Assembly (NCBI GenBank): GCA_964016885.1
Contig: OZ024743.1
Location: forward strand, 375,596,001 to 375,660,000
Origin: Eledone cirrhosa
Taxonomy: Eukaryota
DNA: 64,000 nucleotides
Direction: 5' to 3'
This document shows positions 1 through 15,900 of the stretch, piece after piece. Both the position numbers and the translations under genes were made by a program. Within the stretch, counting starts at the first letter, position 1; every line of letters starts with the position of its first letter. The notes beneath the pieces are model-generated. The model did not search any database. It was given only the letters and a program-made list of their open reading frames with translations, and had not been told where the DNA came from.

Positions 1-391
<391 letters not shown>

Positions 392-431
392 ATATATATA
401 TATATACATATTCTGTCATTACTACTACAGA

Positions 432-516
432 GGTCCGACGAGCTTTTGATTCCAGAGTCGGGTCAGATCAATACAGAGCAAACCTTGAGCTGATCAGTAG
501 CGAAACACGCGTCACC
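432..516 (+). ncRNA. Variant minimal type-I hammerhead ribozyme
   Basis: Stem I GGT/ACC; core CCGACGA (CUGANGA with U>C); stem II GCT/AGC with long insert; GAAA-C-ACGC-G-TC; AATAAA at 521. The stem II insert shares GAGTCGGGTC and CCTTGAGC with the 28041 ribozyme. Confidence 0.6.
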
Positions 517-633
517 AACCAATAAACGTAATGAAAGCGTAACCCTGCGTCCTCGATACTAACGTGAACCTAAACATCGAGTGCTCACTCGGGTGAACCT
601 ACAGTAACTCCGCGTTGCACTCCCTGTATATAT

Positions 634-695
<62 letters not shown>

Positions 696-940
696 ATACA
701 TATTACGTAAGAAATTATGGCCATATTTCATAGCAAGCACTCTCCCACATTGTTTCTAGACATAGATTTTGAATACGAAATTAATTTCTAATGTAAGTAA
801 TTTTTAACAACCGTAATTACCATCATGTAATTGATGTCTCTCTAATTGGCTCTGATGGTGTTTTTTTTTTTAGAAAAATATATTCGCTTATATGTAAATT
901 AATGGACTTCATTATACTAATTGCTTGGTTACTGTACTAA

Positions 941-1031
<91 letters not shown>

Positions 1032-1089
1032 AACAACAAATAAATACAAAAATATTTCATACTCTTTGACCACATCTAAATATATAAGT

Positions 1090-1300
1090 ATATAAATTGT
1101 TGGGTGAAGAAATGCCAAGATTTCCGAGTGGGCGGAAACTGTAGAAGAAAAAGACCAAGAAAATGTTGGGTTGATGTGGTGAAAGATGAACTCCAGAAGG
1201 TGATGAAAAAAGAAAATCCTGTGGAGAGAGTCTGTACTGGAGAGGATTCATCTAATCCATGCAAGCACGGGAAAATAGATGTACAAACGACGATGATATC
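1090..1300 (+). mobile_element. Degenerate RTE-clade LINE 3' end
   Basis: Translation GNCRRKRPRKCWVDVVKDEL resembles the RTE C-terminal R-RGRP-xxW motif, followed by a short 3' tail ending ACGACGATGAT. Confidence 0.55.
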
Positions 1301-1321
1301 AATCAAGATGTGGGATGGGGG

Positions 1322-1388
<67 letters not shown>

Positions 1389-1614
1389 GCTAACAACGAA
1401 AAGCAGCACGGAAGACCCCTATAATACACTGATGATGTGTATTAGTTTAACACTTGATATAATAAGAAAAGGGTATTAACGTTTCAGACGATAGTCTTTT
1501 ATCGGAAGATAAATTGAAAGAATAAAAAGAAATAGAAAGATAGGCGGGAGCAAAAGCAAAAGCAAAAGGGTGTGTGTGTGTGTTCCTCTGTGTGTGAGAG
1601 AGAGAGAGAGAGTG

Positions 1615-1712
<98 letters not shown>

Positions 1713-2380
1713 CATGAGAAAACTGTTCAGTTTTATCAAAGACCGATATTCACTTGAAGGTTTATAATTATTGAATTTTAGAATTATACGTTTTTTCTGA
1801 ATCTTCTCAGAAAAAAAAAGAGAAGAGCGGGAAAAAATAACGTTGTATCTTCTTGCTCAAATACTATTCTCATCAAATATAATATTTAAAATAACGATAT
1901 TAGTGGAACAATATTAGATGCAAATATTAAGATATTCAACATCAAAATGTGTTGCTAGTTTTATTTGAAAATAAATATCCATATTGATTTTATCGAAATA
2001 TTAAAATCAATATGAGAATCAAATAGACGGAATCATGAGTCGATTAATTATGAAGAAGTTGGTGTAATTTTCTCAGCACACATTAGGTAAGAATCACTTA
2101 TACATTTCTATATTTCTATTGGTTGTCTTCATATATAAAAGACATTGGTGTCCGGAGAGCCAGTGACACTGATGGCTTTCCTCAATTTTTAGAACTTCGC
2201 TTAGATAGCTAATATTCTTGGGAAAAGAAGCAACATTATGTACTACTCCACGTCTATAGGGCGGTGGATTAGTAGAGGGCAGGGCGCCATGCTTTGTGCC
2301 TAATTTAGAAATTATTATTATTATTATCATTGTTATTATTAATAATAGTGGATTGGCGAAGAATTAGTAGTAGCGGATTA

Positions 2381-2600
2381 GGGCGGTGGGTTGGCAGAAT
2401 CTGTAGAGCGTCGGACACCATGCTTAGTGGCATAGAGTTAAGGCTCTTTACGTTCTGACTTCAAATCCCGCCGAGGTTAACTTTGCCTTTCATCCTTACG
2501 GGGTCGATAAAATAAAGTACCAGTCGCGCACTGGGGTCGATTTAATCAACTTTCCCTCCCCCAAAAAATTGCTGGCCTTGTGTGTATATAAGAAAGCATT
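2381..2600 (+). mobile_element. tRNA-derived SINE (Meta-domain-like core)
   Basis: Pol III A-box-like TGGCAGAAT, degenerate B-box CTTCAAATCC, core CTTTCATCCTTACGGGGTCGATAAAATAAAGTACCAG. More than 12 homologous copies in the window. Confidence 0.85.
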
Positions 2601-2937
2601 CATTATTCCGCGTCTATAAACTAAGTACTGTATATGTAAGGTAATGGAGCTGGTAGAATGCCTTGTGATAGCCGTTCGTCCTTACGACGTCGTGTATGTG
2701 CATATGTGAGAGAGAGAGAAAGTGGGTGTGTGTGTATGTGTGCGTGTGTGCGTGTGCGTGTGTGCGGGTGTGTGTGTGCGTGTGCGTGTGTGCGGGTGTG
2801 TGTTTGTGAGAGGGTGAGAGATAGAGCGAGCGAGAGAGGAGGAGAGAAAGTGTGCGTGTGTGTGTGCGCATGTGCATATATGATACTGAGAGACAGTATG
2901 TGTGCGTGTTTGCGTGTCCGAGTCTGTGTCACTTTCA

Positions 2938-3530
2938 TGTATCACTGTACTCTATCACTGTACTCCATTGCTGTCCTGTATCACTGTAGTCTATCACTGT
3001 ACGCAATTGCTTTCCTGTATTACTGTACTTTATCACTGTACTCCATTGCTGTCATCATTGTACTCTATCACTGACCTCTATTATTCTATTGCTCTCCTCT
3101 ATTACGTTACTCTAAACGGCGAATTGGTGGAGTCGTTAGAATGTCGGATAGAATGTTTTGTGGTATTCGTTTCGGCTCTCTTTTCTCTCTGAGTTTAAAT
3201 CCCACCGAGGTCAACTTTGCCTTTCATCCATTCGAGGTCGATAAAAAGAACCAGTTTGGTAATGGAATCGATTCTTCCTCTATATCTCTTTCTCACTTCC
3301 ATTCTCCCACTCTATCTTTCTCTGGAGGAAATCTGCTGTATTCAGACCTGGAGAGGAGATGGGCTCCGCTAAGTCCTAGAAAGGCCGTATCTCAAACGGC
3401 GTGCCTACGACGCCTTTAGGGGTTACGGGACAAAGCAAACAAGATTACTCTACTCTATACTATTCTCTATCACTATACGCTATTACTACATTCTATTACT
3501 GTCCCATGTCACTATCCTCTGCCATTACAT
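2938..3530. repeat. Degenerate minisatellite (39-bp period, 13-bp subunit ATCACTGTACTCT) interrupted by a SINE
   Basis: ATCACTGTA recurs at 2941 and 2980, with a variant at ~3019. The pattern resumes at ~3445 after the SINE. Confidence 0.6.
3117..3400 (+). mobile_element. SINE variant with extended 3' segment
   Basis: SINE head/core followed by TCTTTCTCT-GA-GAAATC--CTGTATTCAG-CCTGGAG, also seen after the SINE at 58468-58720. Confidence 0.7.
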
Positions 3531-3983
3531 ATATTTTCCTGTTCAGCCAAAAATATCTGGTTGCTTTTGAAATAGCTCTTCGACGTCTGCTAACGTCTAC
3601 TAACGTTTATTAACATCTACTAACGTCTACTAATGTTTACTAACGTCTACTAATGTTATGTTATTCATTAGTAGGCGAATCTCGTGGTTACTTTAGGTAA
3701 CTTGATTCCGTGATATTACCAGAGTGGTTTAGTTTGACAATAAAGAAATAAACTGTGTCCTCTCTATTCAATTTATATCTGCATCATTAGTTTGTGTTGT
3801 TGTTATTCCTAACTTACTGGTTGGTACATTTTCAGTTTCTACCTCACAGTGTGGTTCTTTTCGCTTAACTTCCTTTATTGATTTGTTTTCATATTTGTTT
3901 CTCGATTCTAAAGATTTTGGAGATTCACATTACCAAACTACCTTACGTCAACGCTGTTTATAAAACTGTAATTTGAGTGTGTG

Positions 3984-6900
3984 GTATAATAGAAATGTTG
4001 TATACTGTACACTGGAAATGTTGTATACTGTATACTAGAAATGTTGTATACTGTATACTGGAAATGTTGTATACTGTATACTGGAAATGTTGTATACTGT
4101 ATACTAGAAATGTTGTATACTGTACACTGGAAATGTTGTATACTGTATACTAGAAATGTTGTATACTGTATACTGGAAATGTTGTATACTGTACACTGGA
4201 AATGTTGTATACTGTATACTAGAAATGTTGTATACTGTACACTGGAAATGTTGTATACTGTATACTAGAAATGTTGTATACTGTACACTGGAAATGTTGT
4301 ATACTGTATACTAGAAATGTTGTATACTGTACACTGGAAATGTTGTATACTGTACACTGGAAATGTTGTATACTGTATACTAGAAATGTTGTATACTGTA
4401 TACTGGAAATGTTGTATACTGTATACTGGAAATGTTGTACACAGTATACTGGAAATGTTGTATATAGTACACTGGAAATGTTGTATACTGTATACTAGAA
4501 ATGTTGTATACTGTATACTGGAAATGTTGTATACTGTATACTGGAAATGTTGTATACTGTATACTAGAAATGTTGTATACTGTACACTGGAAATGTTGTA
4601 TACTGTATACTAGAAATGTTGTATACTGTATACTGGAAATGTTGTATACTGTACACTGGAAATGTTGTATACTGTATACTAGAAATGTTGTATACTGTAT
4701 ACTGGAAATGTTGTATACTGTATACTGGAAATGTTGTATACTGTATACTGGAAATGTTGTATACTGTACACTGGAAATGTTGTATACTGTATACTGGAAA
4801 TGTTGTATACTGTATACTGGAAATGTTGTATACTGTACACTGGAAATGTTGTATACTGTATACGAGAAATGTTGTATACTGTATACTGGAAATGTTGTAT
4901 ACTGTACACTGGAAATGTTGTATACTGTATACTAGAAATGTTGTATACTGTATACTGGAAATGTTGTATACTGTATACTGGAAATGTTGTATACTGTATA
5001 CTGGAAATGTTGTATACTGTACACTGGAAATGTTGTATACTGTATACTGGAAATGTTGTATACTGTATACTAGAAATGTTGTATACTGTATACTAGAAAT
5101 GTTGTATACTGTATACTGGAAATGTTGTATACTGTATACTGGAAATGTTGTATACTGTATACTGGAAATGTTGTATACTGTACACTGGAAATGTTGTATA
5201 CTGTACACTGGAAATGTTGTATACTGTATACTGGAAATGTTGTATACTGTATACTAGAAATGTTGTATACTGTATACTGGAAATGTTGTATACTGTATAC
5301 TGGAAATGTTGTATACTGTACACTGGAAATGTTGTATACTGTACACTGGAAATGTTGTATACTGTATACTGGAAATGTTGTATACTGTATACTAGAAATG
5401 TTGTATACTGTATACTGGAAATGTTGTATACTGTACACTGGAAATGTTGTATACGGTATACTAGAAATGTTGTATACTGTATACTAGAAAGGTTGTATAC
5501 GTATACTGGAAATGTTGTATACTGTATACTGGAAATGTTGTATACTGTATACTGGAAATGTTGTATACTGTATACTGGAAATGTTGTATACTGTACACTG
5601 GAAATGTTGTATACTGTACACTAGAAATGTTGTATACTGTATACTGGAAATGTTGTATACTGTACACTGGAAATGTTGTATACTGTATACTGGAAATGCT
5701 GTATACTGTATACTAGAAATGTTGTATACTGTATATTGGAAATGTTGTATACTGTATACTAGAAATGCTGTATACTGTACACTAGAAATGTTGTATACTG
5801 TATACTGGAAATGTTGTATACTGTATACTAGAAATGTTGTATACTGTATACTGGAAATGTTGTGTACTGTATACTGGAAATGTTGTATACTGTATACTAG
5901 AAAGGTTGTATACTGTATACTGGAAATGTTGTATACTGTACACTAGAAATGTTGTATACTGTATACTGGAAATGTTGTATACTGTACACTAGAAATGTAT
6001 ACTGTATACTGGAAATGTTGTATACTGTATACTAGAAATGCTGTATACTGTATACTAGAAAGGTTGTATACTGTATACTGGAAATGTTGTATACTGTATA
6101 CTAGAAATGTTGTATACTGTATACTGGAAATGTTGTATACTGTATACTGGAAATGTTGTATACTATATACTAGAAATGTTGTATACTGTATACTGGAAAT
6201 GTTGTATACTGTACACTAGAAATGTTGTATACTGTATACTGGAAATGTTGTATACTGTATACTGGAAATGTTGTATACTGTATACTGGAAATGCTGTATA
6301 CTGTATACTAGAAATGTTGTATACTGTATACTGGAAATGTTGTATACTGTATACTAGAAATGTTGTATACTGTACACTAGAAATGTTGTATACTGTATAC
6401 TGGAAATGTTGTATACTGTATACTGGAAATGTTGTATACTGTATACTAGAAATGTTGTATACTGTATACTGGAAATGTTGTATACTGTTCACTGGAAATG
6501 TTGTATACTGTATACTAGAAATGTTGTATACTGTATACTGGAAATGTTGTATACTGTATACTGGAAATGTTGTATACTGTATACTAGAAAGGTTGAATAC
6601 TGTATACTGGAAATGTTGTATACTGTATACTGGAAATGTTGTATACTGTACACTAGAAATATTGTATACTGTATACTGGAAATGTTGTATACTGTACACT
6701 GGAAATGCTGTATACTGTATACTAGAAAGGTTGTATACTGTATACTGGAAATGTTGTATACTGGAAATGTTGTATACTGTATACTGGAAATGTTGTATAC
6801 TGTATACTGGAAATGTTGTATACTGTACACTAGAAATGTTGTATACTGTATACTGGAAATGTTGTATTCTGTATACTGGAAATGTTGTATACTGTATACT

Positions 6901-9900
6901 GGAAATGCTGTATACTGTATACTAGAAATGTTGTATACTGTATACTGGAAATGTTGTATGCTGTATACTAGAAAGGTTGTATACTGTATACTGGAAATGT
7001 TGTATACTGTATACTGGAAATGTTGTATACTGTATACTAGAAATGTTGTATACTGTATACTGGAAATGTTGTATACTGTACACTGGAAATGTTGTATACT
7101 GTATACTGGAAATGTTGTATACTGTATACTGAAAATGCTGTATACTGTATACTGGAAATGTTGCATACTGTATACTGGAAATGTTGTATACTGGATACTA
7201 GAAATGTTGTATACTGTATACTGAAAATGCTGTATACTGTATACTGGAAATGTTGTATACGGTATACTAGAAATGTTGTATACTGTATACTAGAAAGGTT
7301 GTATACGTATACTGGAAATGTTGTATACTGTATACTGGAAATGTTGTATACTGTATACTGGAAATGTTGTATACTGTATACTGGAAATGTTGTATACTGT
7401 ACACTGGAAATGTTGTATACTGTACACTAGAAATGTTGTATACTGTATACTGGAAATGTTGTATACTGTACACTGGAAATGTTGTATACTGTATACTGGA
7501 AATGCTGTATACTGTATACTAGAAATGTTGTATACTGTATACTGGAAATGTTGTAAACTGTACACTAGAAATGTTGTATACTGTATACTGGAAATGTTGT
7601 ATACTGTACACTAGAAATGTATACTGTATACTGGAAATGTTGTATACTGTATACTAGAAATGCTGTATACTGTATACTAGAAAGGTTGTATACTGTATAC
7701 TGGAAATGTTGTATACTGTATACTAGAAATGTTGTATACTGTATACTGGAAATGTTGTATACTGTATACTGGAAATGTTGTATACTATATACTAGAAATG
7801 TTGTATACTGTATACTGGAAATGTTGTATACTGTACACTAGAAATGTTGTATACTGTATACTGGAAATGTTGTATACTGTATACTGGAAATGTTGTATAC
7901 TGTATACTAGAAAGGTTGTATACTGTATACTGGAAATGTTGTATACTGTACACTAGAAATGTTGTATACTGTATACTGGAAATGTTGTATACTGTACACT
8001 AGAAATGTATACTGTATACTGGAAATGTTGTATACTGTATACTAGAAATGCTGTATACTGTATACTAGAAAGGTTGTATACTGTATACTGGAAATGTTGT
8101 ATACTGTATACTAGAAATGTTGTATACTGTATACTGGAAATGTTGTATACTGTATACTGGAAATGTTGTATACTATATACTAGAAATGTTGTATACTGTA
8201 TACTGGAAATGTTGTATACTGTACACTAGAAATGTTGTATACTGTATACTGGAAATGTTGTATACTGTATACTGGAAATGTTGTATACTGTATACTGGAA
8301 ATGCTGTATACTGTATACTAGAAATGTTGTATACTGTATACTGGAAATGTTGTATACTGTATACTAGAAATGTTGTATACTGTACACTAGAAATGTATAC
8401 TGTATACTGGAAATGTTGTATACTGTATACTAGAAATGCTGTATACTGTATACTAGAAAGGTTGTATACTGTATACTGGAAATGTTGTATACTGTATACT
8501 AGAAATGTTGTATACTGTATACTGGAAATGTTGTATACTGTATACTGGAAATGTTGTATACTATATACTAGAAATGTTGTATACTGTATACTGGAAATGT
8601 TGTATACTGTACACTAGAAATGTTGTATACTGTATACTGGAAATGTTGTATACTGTATACTGGAAATGTTGTATACTGTATACTGGAAATGCTGTATACT
8701 GTATACTAGAAATGTTGTATACTGTATACTGGAAATGTTGTATACTGTATACTAGAAATGTTGTATACTGTACACTAGAAATGTTGTATACTGTATACTG
8801 GAAATGTTGTATACTGTATACTGGAAATGTTGTATACTGTATACTAGAAATGTTGTATACTGTATACTGGAAATGTTGTATACTGTTCACTGGAAATGTT
8901 GTATACTGTATACTAGAAATGTTGTATACTGTATACTGGAAATGTTGTATACTGTATACTGGAAATGTTGTATACTGTATACTAGAAAGGTTGAATACTG
9001 TATACTGGAAATGTTGTATACTGTATACTGGAAATGTTGTATACTGTACACTAGAAATATTGTATACTGTATACTGGAAATGTTGTATACTGTACACTGG
9101 AAATGCTGTATACTGTATACTAGAAAGGTTGTATACTGTATACTGGAAATGTTGTATACTGGAAATGTTGTATACTGTATACTGGAAATGTTGTATACTG
9201 TATACTGGAAATGTTGTATACTGTACACTAGAAATGTTGTATACTGTATACTGGAAATGTTGTATTCTGTATACTGGAAATGTTGTATACTGTATACTGG
9301 AAATGCTGTATACTGTATACTAGAAATGTTGTATACTGTATACTGGAAATGTTGTATGCTGTATACTAGAAAGGTTGTATACTGTATACTGGAAATGTTG
9401 TATACTGTATACTGGAAATGTTGTATACTGTATACTAGAAATGTTGTATACTGTATACTGGAAATGTTGTATACTGTACACTGGAAATGTTGTATACTGT
9501 ATACTGGAAATGTTGTATACTGTATACTGAAAATGCTGTATACTGTATACTGGAAATGTTGCATACTGTATACTGGAAATGTTGTATACTGGATACTAGA
9601 AATGTTGTATACTGTATACTGAAAATGCTGTATACTGTATACTGGAAATGTTGTATACGGTATACTAGAAATGTTGTATACTGTATACTAGAAAGGTTGT
9701 ATACGTATACTGGAAATGTTGTATACTGTATACTGGAAATGTTGTATACTGTATACTGGAAATGTTGTATACTGTATACTGGAAATGTTGTATACTGTAC
9801 ACTGGAAATGTTGTATACTGTACACTAGAAATGTTGTATACTGTATACTGGAAATGTTGTATACTGTACACTGGAAATGTTGTATACTGTATACTGGAAA

Positions 9901-12900
9901 TGCTGTATACTGTATACTAGAAATGTTGTATACTGTATACTGGAAATGTTGTATACTGTACACTAGAAATGTTGTATACTGTATACTGGAAATGTTGTAT
10001 ACTGTATACTAGAAATGTTGTATACTGTACACTAGAAATGTTGTATACTGTATACTGGAAATGTTGTATACTGTATACTAGAAATGTTGTATACTGTATA
10101 CTGAAATGTTGTGTACTGTATACTGGAAATGTTGTATACTGTATACTAGAAAGGTTGTATACTGTATACTGGAAATGTTGTAAACTGTACACTAGAAATG
10201 TTGTATACTGTATACTGGAAATGTTGTATACTGTACACTAGAAATGTATACTGTATACTGGAAATGTTGTATACTGTATACTAGAAATGCTGTATACTGT
10301 ATACTAGAAAGGTTGTATACTGTATACTGGAAATGTTGTATACTGTATACTAGAAATGTTGTATACTGTATACTGGAAATGTTGTATACTGTATACTGGA
10401 AATGTTGTATACTATATACTAGAAATGTTGTATACTGTATACTGGAAATGTTGTATACTGTACACTAGAAATGTTGTATACTGTATACTGGAAATGTTGT
10501 ATACTGTATACTGGAAATGTTGTATACTGTATACTGGAAATGCTGTATACTGTATACTAGAAATGTTGTATACTGTATACTGGAAATGTTGTATACTGTA
10601 TACTAGAAATGTTGTATACTGTACACTAGAAATGTTGTATACTGTATACTGGAAATGTTGTATACTGTATACTGGAAATGTTGTATACTGTATACTAGAA
10701 ATGTTGTATACTGTATACTGGAAATGTTGTATACTGTTCACTGGAAATGTTGTATACTGTATACTAGAAATGTTGTATACTATATACTGGAAATGTTGTA
10801 TACTGTATACTGGAAATGTTGTATACTGTATACTAGAAAGGTTGAATACTGTATACTGGAAATGTTGTATACTGTATACTGAAAATGTTGTATACTGTAC
10901 ACTAGAAATATTGTATACTGTATACTGGAAATGTTGTATACTGTACACTGGAAATGCTGTATACTGTATACTAGAAAGGTTGTATACTGTATACTGGAAA
11001 TGTTGTATACTGGAAATGTTGTATACTGTATACTGGAAATGTTGTATACTGTATACTAGAAATGCTGTATACTGCATACTAGAAATGTTGTATACTGTAT
11101 ACTGGAAATGCTGTATACTGTATACTGAAAATGCAGTATACTGTATACTTGAAATGTTGCATACTGTATACTGGAAATGTTGTATACTGTATACTAGAAA
11201 TGTTGTATACTGTATACTGGAAATGTTGTATACTGTACACTGGAAATGTTGTATACTGTATACTGGAAATGTTGTATACTGTATACTGAAAATGCTGTAT
11301 ACTGTATACTGGAAATGTTGCATACTGTATACTGGAAATGTTGTATACTGGATACTAGAAATGTTGTATACTGTATACTGAAAATGCTGTATACTGTATA
11401 CTGGAAATGTTGTATACTGTATACTAGAAATGTTGTATACTGTATACTGGAAATGTTGTATACTGTATACTGGAAATGTTGTATACTGTACACTAGAAAT
11501 GTTGTATACTGTATACTGGAAATGTTGTATACTGTATACTAGAAATGTTGTATACTGTATACTGTAAATGCTGTATACTGTATACTGGAAATGTTGTATA
11601 CTGTATACTAGAAATGTTGTATACTGTATACTGAAAATGCTGTATACTGTATACTGGAAATGTTGTATACTGTATACTAGAAATGTTGTATACTGTATAC
11701 TGGAAATGCTGTATACTGTATACTAGAAATGTTGTATACTGTATACTGGAAATGTTGTATGCTGTATACTAGAAAGGTTGTATACTGTATACTGGAAATG
11801 TTGTATACTGTATACTGGAAATGTTGTATACTGTATACTGGAAATGCTGTATACTGTATACTGGAAATGTTGTATACTGTATACTGGAAATGTTGTATAC
11901 TGTATACTGGAAATGTTGTATACTGTATACTGGAAATGCTGTATACTGTATACTAGAAATGTTGTATACTGTATACTAGAAATGTTGTATACTGTATACT
12001 AGAAATGTTGTATACTGTATACTGGAAATGTTGTATACTGTATACTAGAAATGTTGTATACTGTATACTGGAAATGCTGTATACTGTATACTAGAAATGT
12101 TGTATACTGTATACTGGAAATGTTGTATACTGTACACTAGAAATGTTGTATACTGTATACTAGAAATGTTGTATACTGTATACTGAAAATGCTGTATACT
12201 GTATACTGGAAATGTTGTATACTGTATACTAGAAATGTTGTATACTGTATACTGGAAATGTTGTATACTGTACACTAGAAATGTTGTATACTGTATACTG
12301 GAAATGTTGTATACTGTATACTGGAAATGTTGTATACTGTATACTAGAAATGTTGTATACTGTATACTGGAAATGTTGTATACTGTACACTGGAAATGTT
12401 GTATACTGTATACTAGAAATGTTGTATACTGTATACTGGAAATGTTGTATACTGTACACTGAAAATGCTGTATACTGTATACTAGAAATGTTGTATACTG
12501 TATACTAGAAATGTTGTATACTGTATACTGAAAATGTTGTATACTGTATACTAGAAAGGTTGTATACTGTATACTGGAAATGTTGTATACTGTATACTAG
12601 AAATGTTGTATACTGTATACTAGAAATGTTGTATACTGTATACTGGAAATGTTGTATACTGTATACTAGAAATGTTGTATACTGTATACTAGAAATGTTG
12701 TATACTGTATACTAGAAATGTTGTATACTGTATACTAGAAATGTTGTATACTGTATACTGGAAATGTTGTATACTGTATACTAGAAAGGTTGTATACTGT
12801 ATACTGGAAATGTTGTATACTGTATACTAGAAATGTTGTATACTGTATACTAGAAATGTTGTATACTGTATACTGGAAATGTTGTATACTGTATACTGGA

Positions 12901-15900
12901 AATGTTGTATACTGTATACTGGAAATGTTGTATACTGTATACTAGAAATGTTGTATACTGTATACTGGAAATGTTGTATACTGTATACTGGAAATGTTGT
13001 ATACTGTATACTAGAAATGTTGTATACTGTATACTGGAAATGTTGTATAGTGTTCACTGGAAATGTTGTATACTGTACACTAGAAATGTTGTATACTGTA
13101 TACTGGAAATGTTGTATACTAGAAATGTTGTATACTGTATACTAGAAATGTTGTATACTGTATACTGGAAATATTGTATACTGTACACTAGAAATGTTGT
13201 ATACTGTATACTGGAAATGTTGTATACTGTATACTAGAAATGTTGTATACTGTATACTAGAAATGTTGTATACTGTATACTGGAAATGTTGTATACTGTA
13301 TACTAGAAAGGTTGTATACTGTATACTGGAAATGTTGTATACTGTATACTGGAAATGTTGTATACTGTATACTGGAAATGCTGTATACTGTATACTAGAA
13401 ATGTTGTATACTGTATACTGGAAATGTTGTATACTGTATACTGGAAATGCTGTATACTGTATACTAGAAATGTTGTATACTGTATACTGGAAATGTTGTA
13501 TACTGTATACTGGAAATGCTGTATACTGTATACTAGAAATGTTGTATACTGTATACTGGAAATGTTGTATACTGTATACTAGAAATGTTGTATACTGTAT
13601 ACTGGAAATGTTGTATACTGTATACTAGAAATGTTGTATACTGTATACTGTAAATGCTGTATACTGTATACTGGAAATGTTGTATACTGTATACTAGAAA
13701 TGTTGTATACTGTATACTGAAAATGCTGTATACTGTATACTGGAAATGTTGTATACTGTATACTAGAAATGTTGTATACTGTATACTGGAAATGCTGTAT
13801 ACTGTATACTAGAAATGTTGTATACTGTATACTGGAAATGTTGTATGCTGTATACTAGAAAGGTTGTATACTGTATACTGGAAATGTTGTATACTGTATA
13901 CTGGAAATGTTGTATACTGTATACTGGAAATGCTGTATACTGTATACTGGAAATGTTGTATACTGTATACTGGAAATGTTGTATACTGTATACTGGAAAT
14001 GTTGTATACTGTATACTGGAAATGCTGTATACTGTATACTAGAAATGTTGTATACTGTATACTAGAAATGTTGTATACTGTATACTAGAAATGTTGTATA
14101 CTGTATACTGGAAATGTTGTATACTGTATACTAGAAATGTTGTATACTGTATACTGGAAATGCTGTATACTGTATACTAGAAATGTTGTATACTGTATAC
14201 TGGAAATGTTGTATACTGTACACTAGAAATGTTGTATACTGTATACTAGAAATGTTGTATACTGTATACTGAAAATGCTGTATACTGTATACTGGAAATG
14301 TTGTATACTGTATACTAGAAATGTTGTATACTGTATACTGGAAATGTTGTATACTGTACACTAGAAATGTTGTATACTGTATACTGGAAATGTTGTATAC
14401 TGTATACTGGAAATGTTGTATACTGTATACTAGAAATGTTGTATACTGTATACTGGAAATGTTGTATACTGTACACTGGAAATGTTGTATACTGTATACT
14501 AGAAATGTTGTATACTGTATACTGGAAATGTTGTATACTGTACACTGAAAATGCTGTATACTGTATACTAGAAATGTTGTATACTGTATACTAGAAATGT
14601 TGTATACTGTATACTGAAAATGTTGTATACTGTATACTAGAAAGGTTGTATACTGTATACTGGAAATGTTGTATACTGTATACTAGAAATGTTGTATACT
14701 GTATACTAGAAATGTTGTATACTGTATACTGGAAATGTTGTATACTGTATACTAGAAATGTTGTATACTGTATACTAGAAATGTTGTATACTGTATACTA
14801 GAAATGTTGTATACTGTATACTAGAAATGTTGTATACTGTATACTGGAAATGTTGTATACTGTATACTAGAAAGGTTGTATACTGTATACTGGAAATGTT
14901 GTATACTGTATACTAGAAATGTTGTATACTGTATACTAGAAATGTTGTATACTGTATACTGGAAATGTTGTATACTGTATACTGGAAATGTTGTATACTG
15001 TATACTGGAAATGTTGTATACTGTATACTAGAAATGTTGTATACTGTATACTGGAAATGTTGTATACTGTATACTGGAAATGTTGTATACTGTATACTAG
15101 AAATGTTGTATACTGTATACTGGAAATGTTGTATAGTGTTCACTGGAAATGTTGTATACTGTACACTAGAAATGTTGTATACTGTATACTGGAAATGTTG
15201 TATACTAGAAATGTTGTATACTGTATACTAGAAATGTTGTATACTGTATACTGGAAATATTGTATACTGTACACTAGAAATGTTGTATACTGTATACTGG
15301 AAATGTTGTATACTGTATACTAGAAATGTTGTATACTGTATACTAGAAATGTTGTATACTGTATACTGGAAATGTTGTATACTGTATACTAGAAAGGTTG
15401 TATACTGTATACTGGAAATGTTGTATACTGTATACTGGAAATGTTGTATACTGTATACTGGAAATGCTGTATACTGTATACTAGAAATGTTGTATACTGT
15501 ATACTGGAAATGTTGTATACTGTATACTGGAAATGCTGTATACTGTATACTAGAAATGTTGTATACTGTATACTGGAAATGTTGTATACTGTATACTGGA
15601 AATGCTGTATACTGTATACTAGAAATGTTGTATACTGTATACTGGAAATGTTGTATACTGTATACTAGAAATGTTGTATACTGTATACTGGAAATGTGGT
15701 ATACTGGAAATGTTGTATACTGTATACTGGAAATGTTGTATACTGTATACTGGAAATGTTGTATACTGTATACTGGAAATGTTGTATACTGTATACTGGA
15801 AATGTTGTATACTGTATACTGGAAATGTTGTATACTGTATACTGGAAATGTTGTATACTGTATACTGGAAATGTTGTATACTGTATACTGAAAATGCTGT

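Noticed and set aside
2381-2475. tRNA genes at SINE heads
   Set aside because: Only A/B-box similarity; no cloverleaf, and each continues into the shared SINE core.
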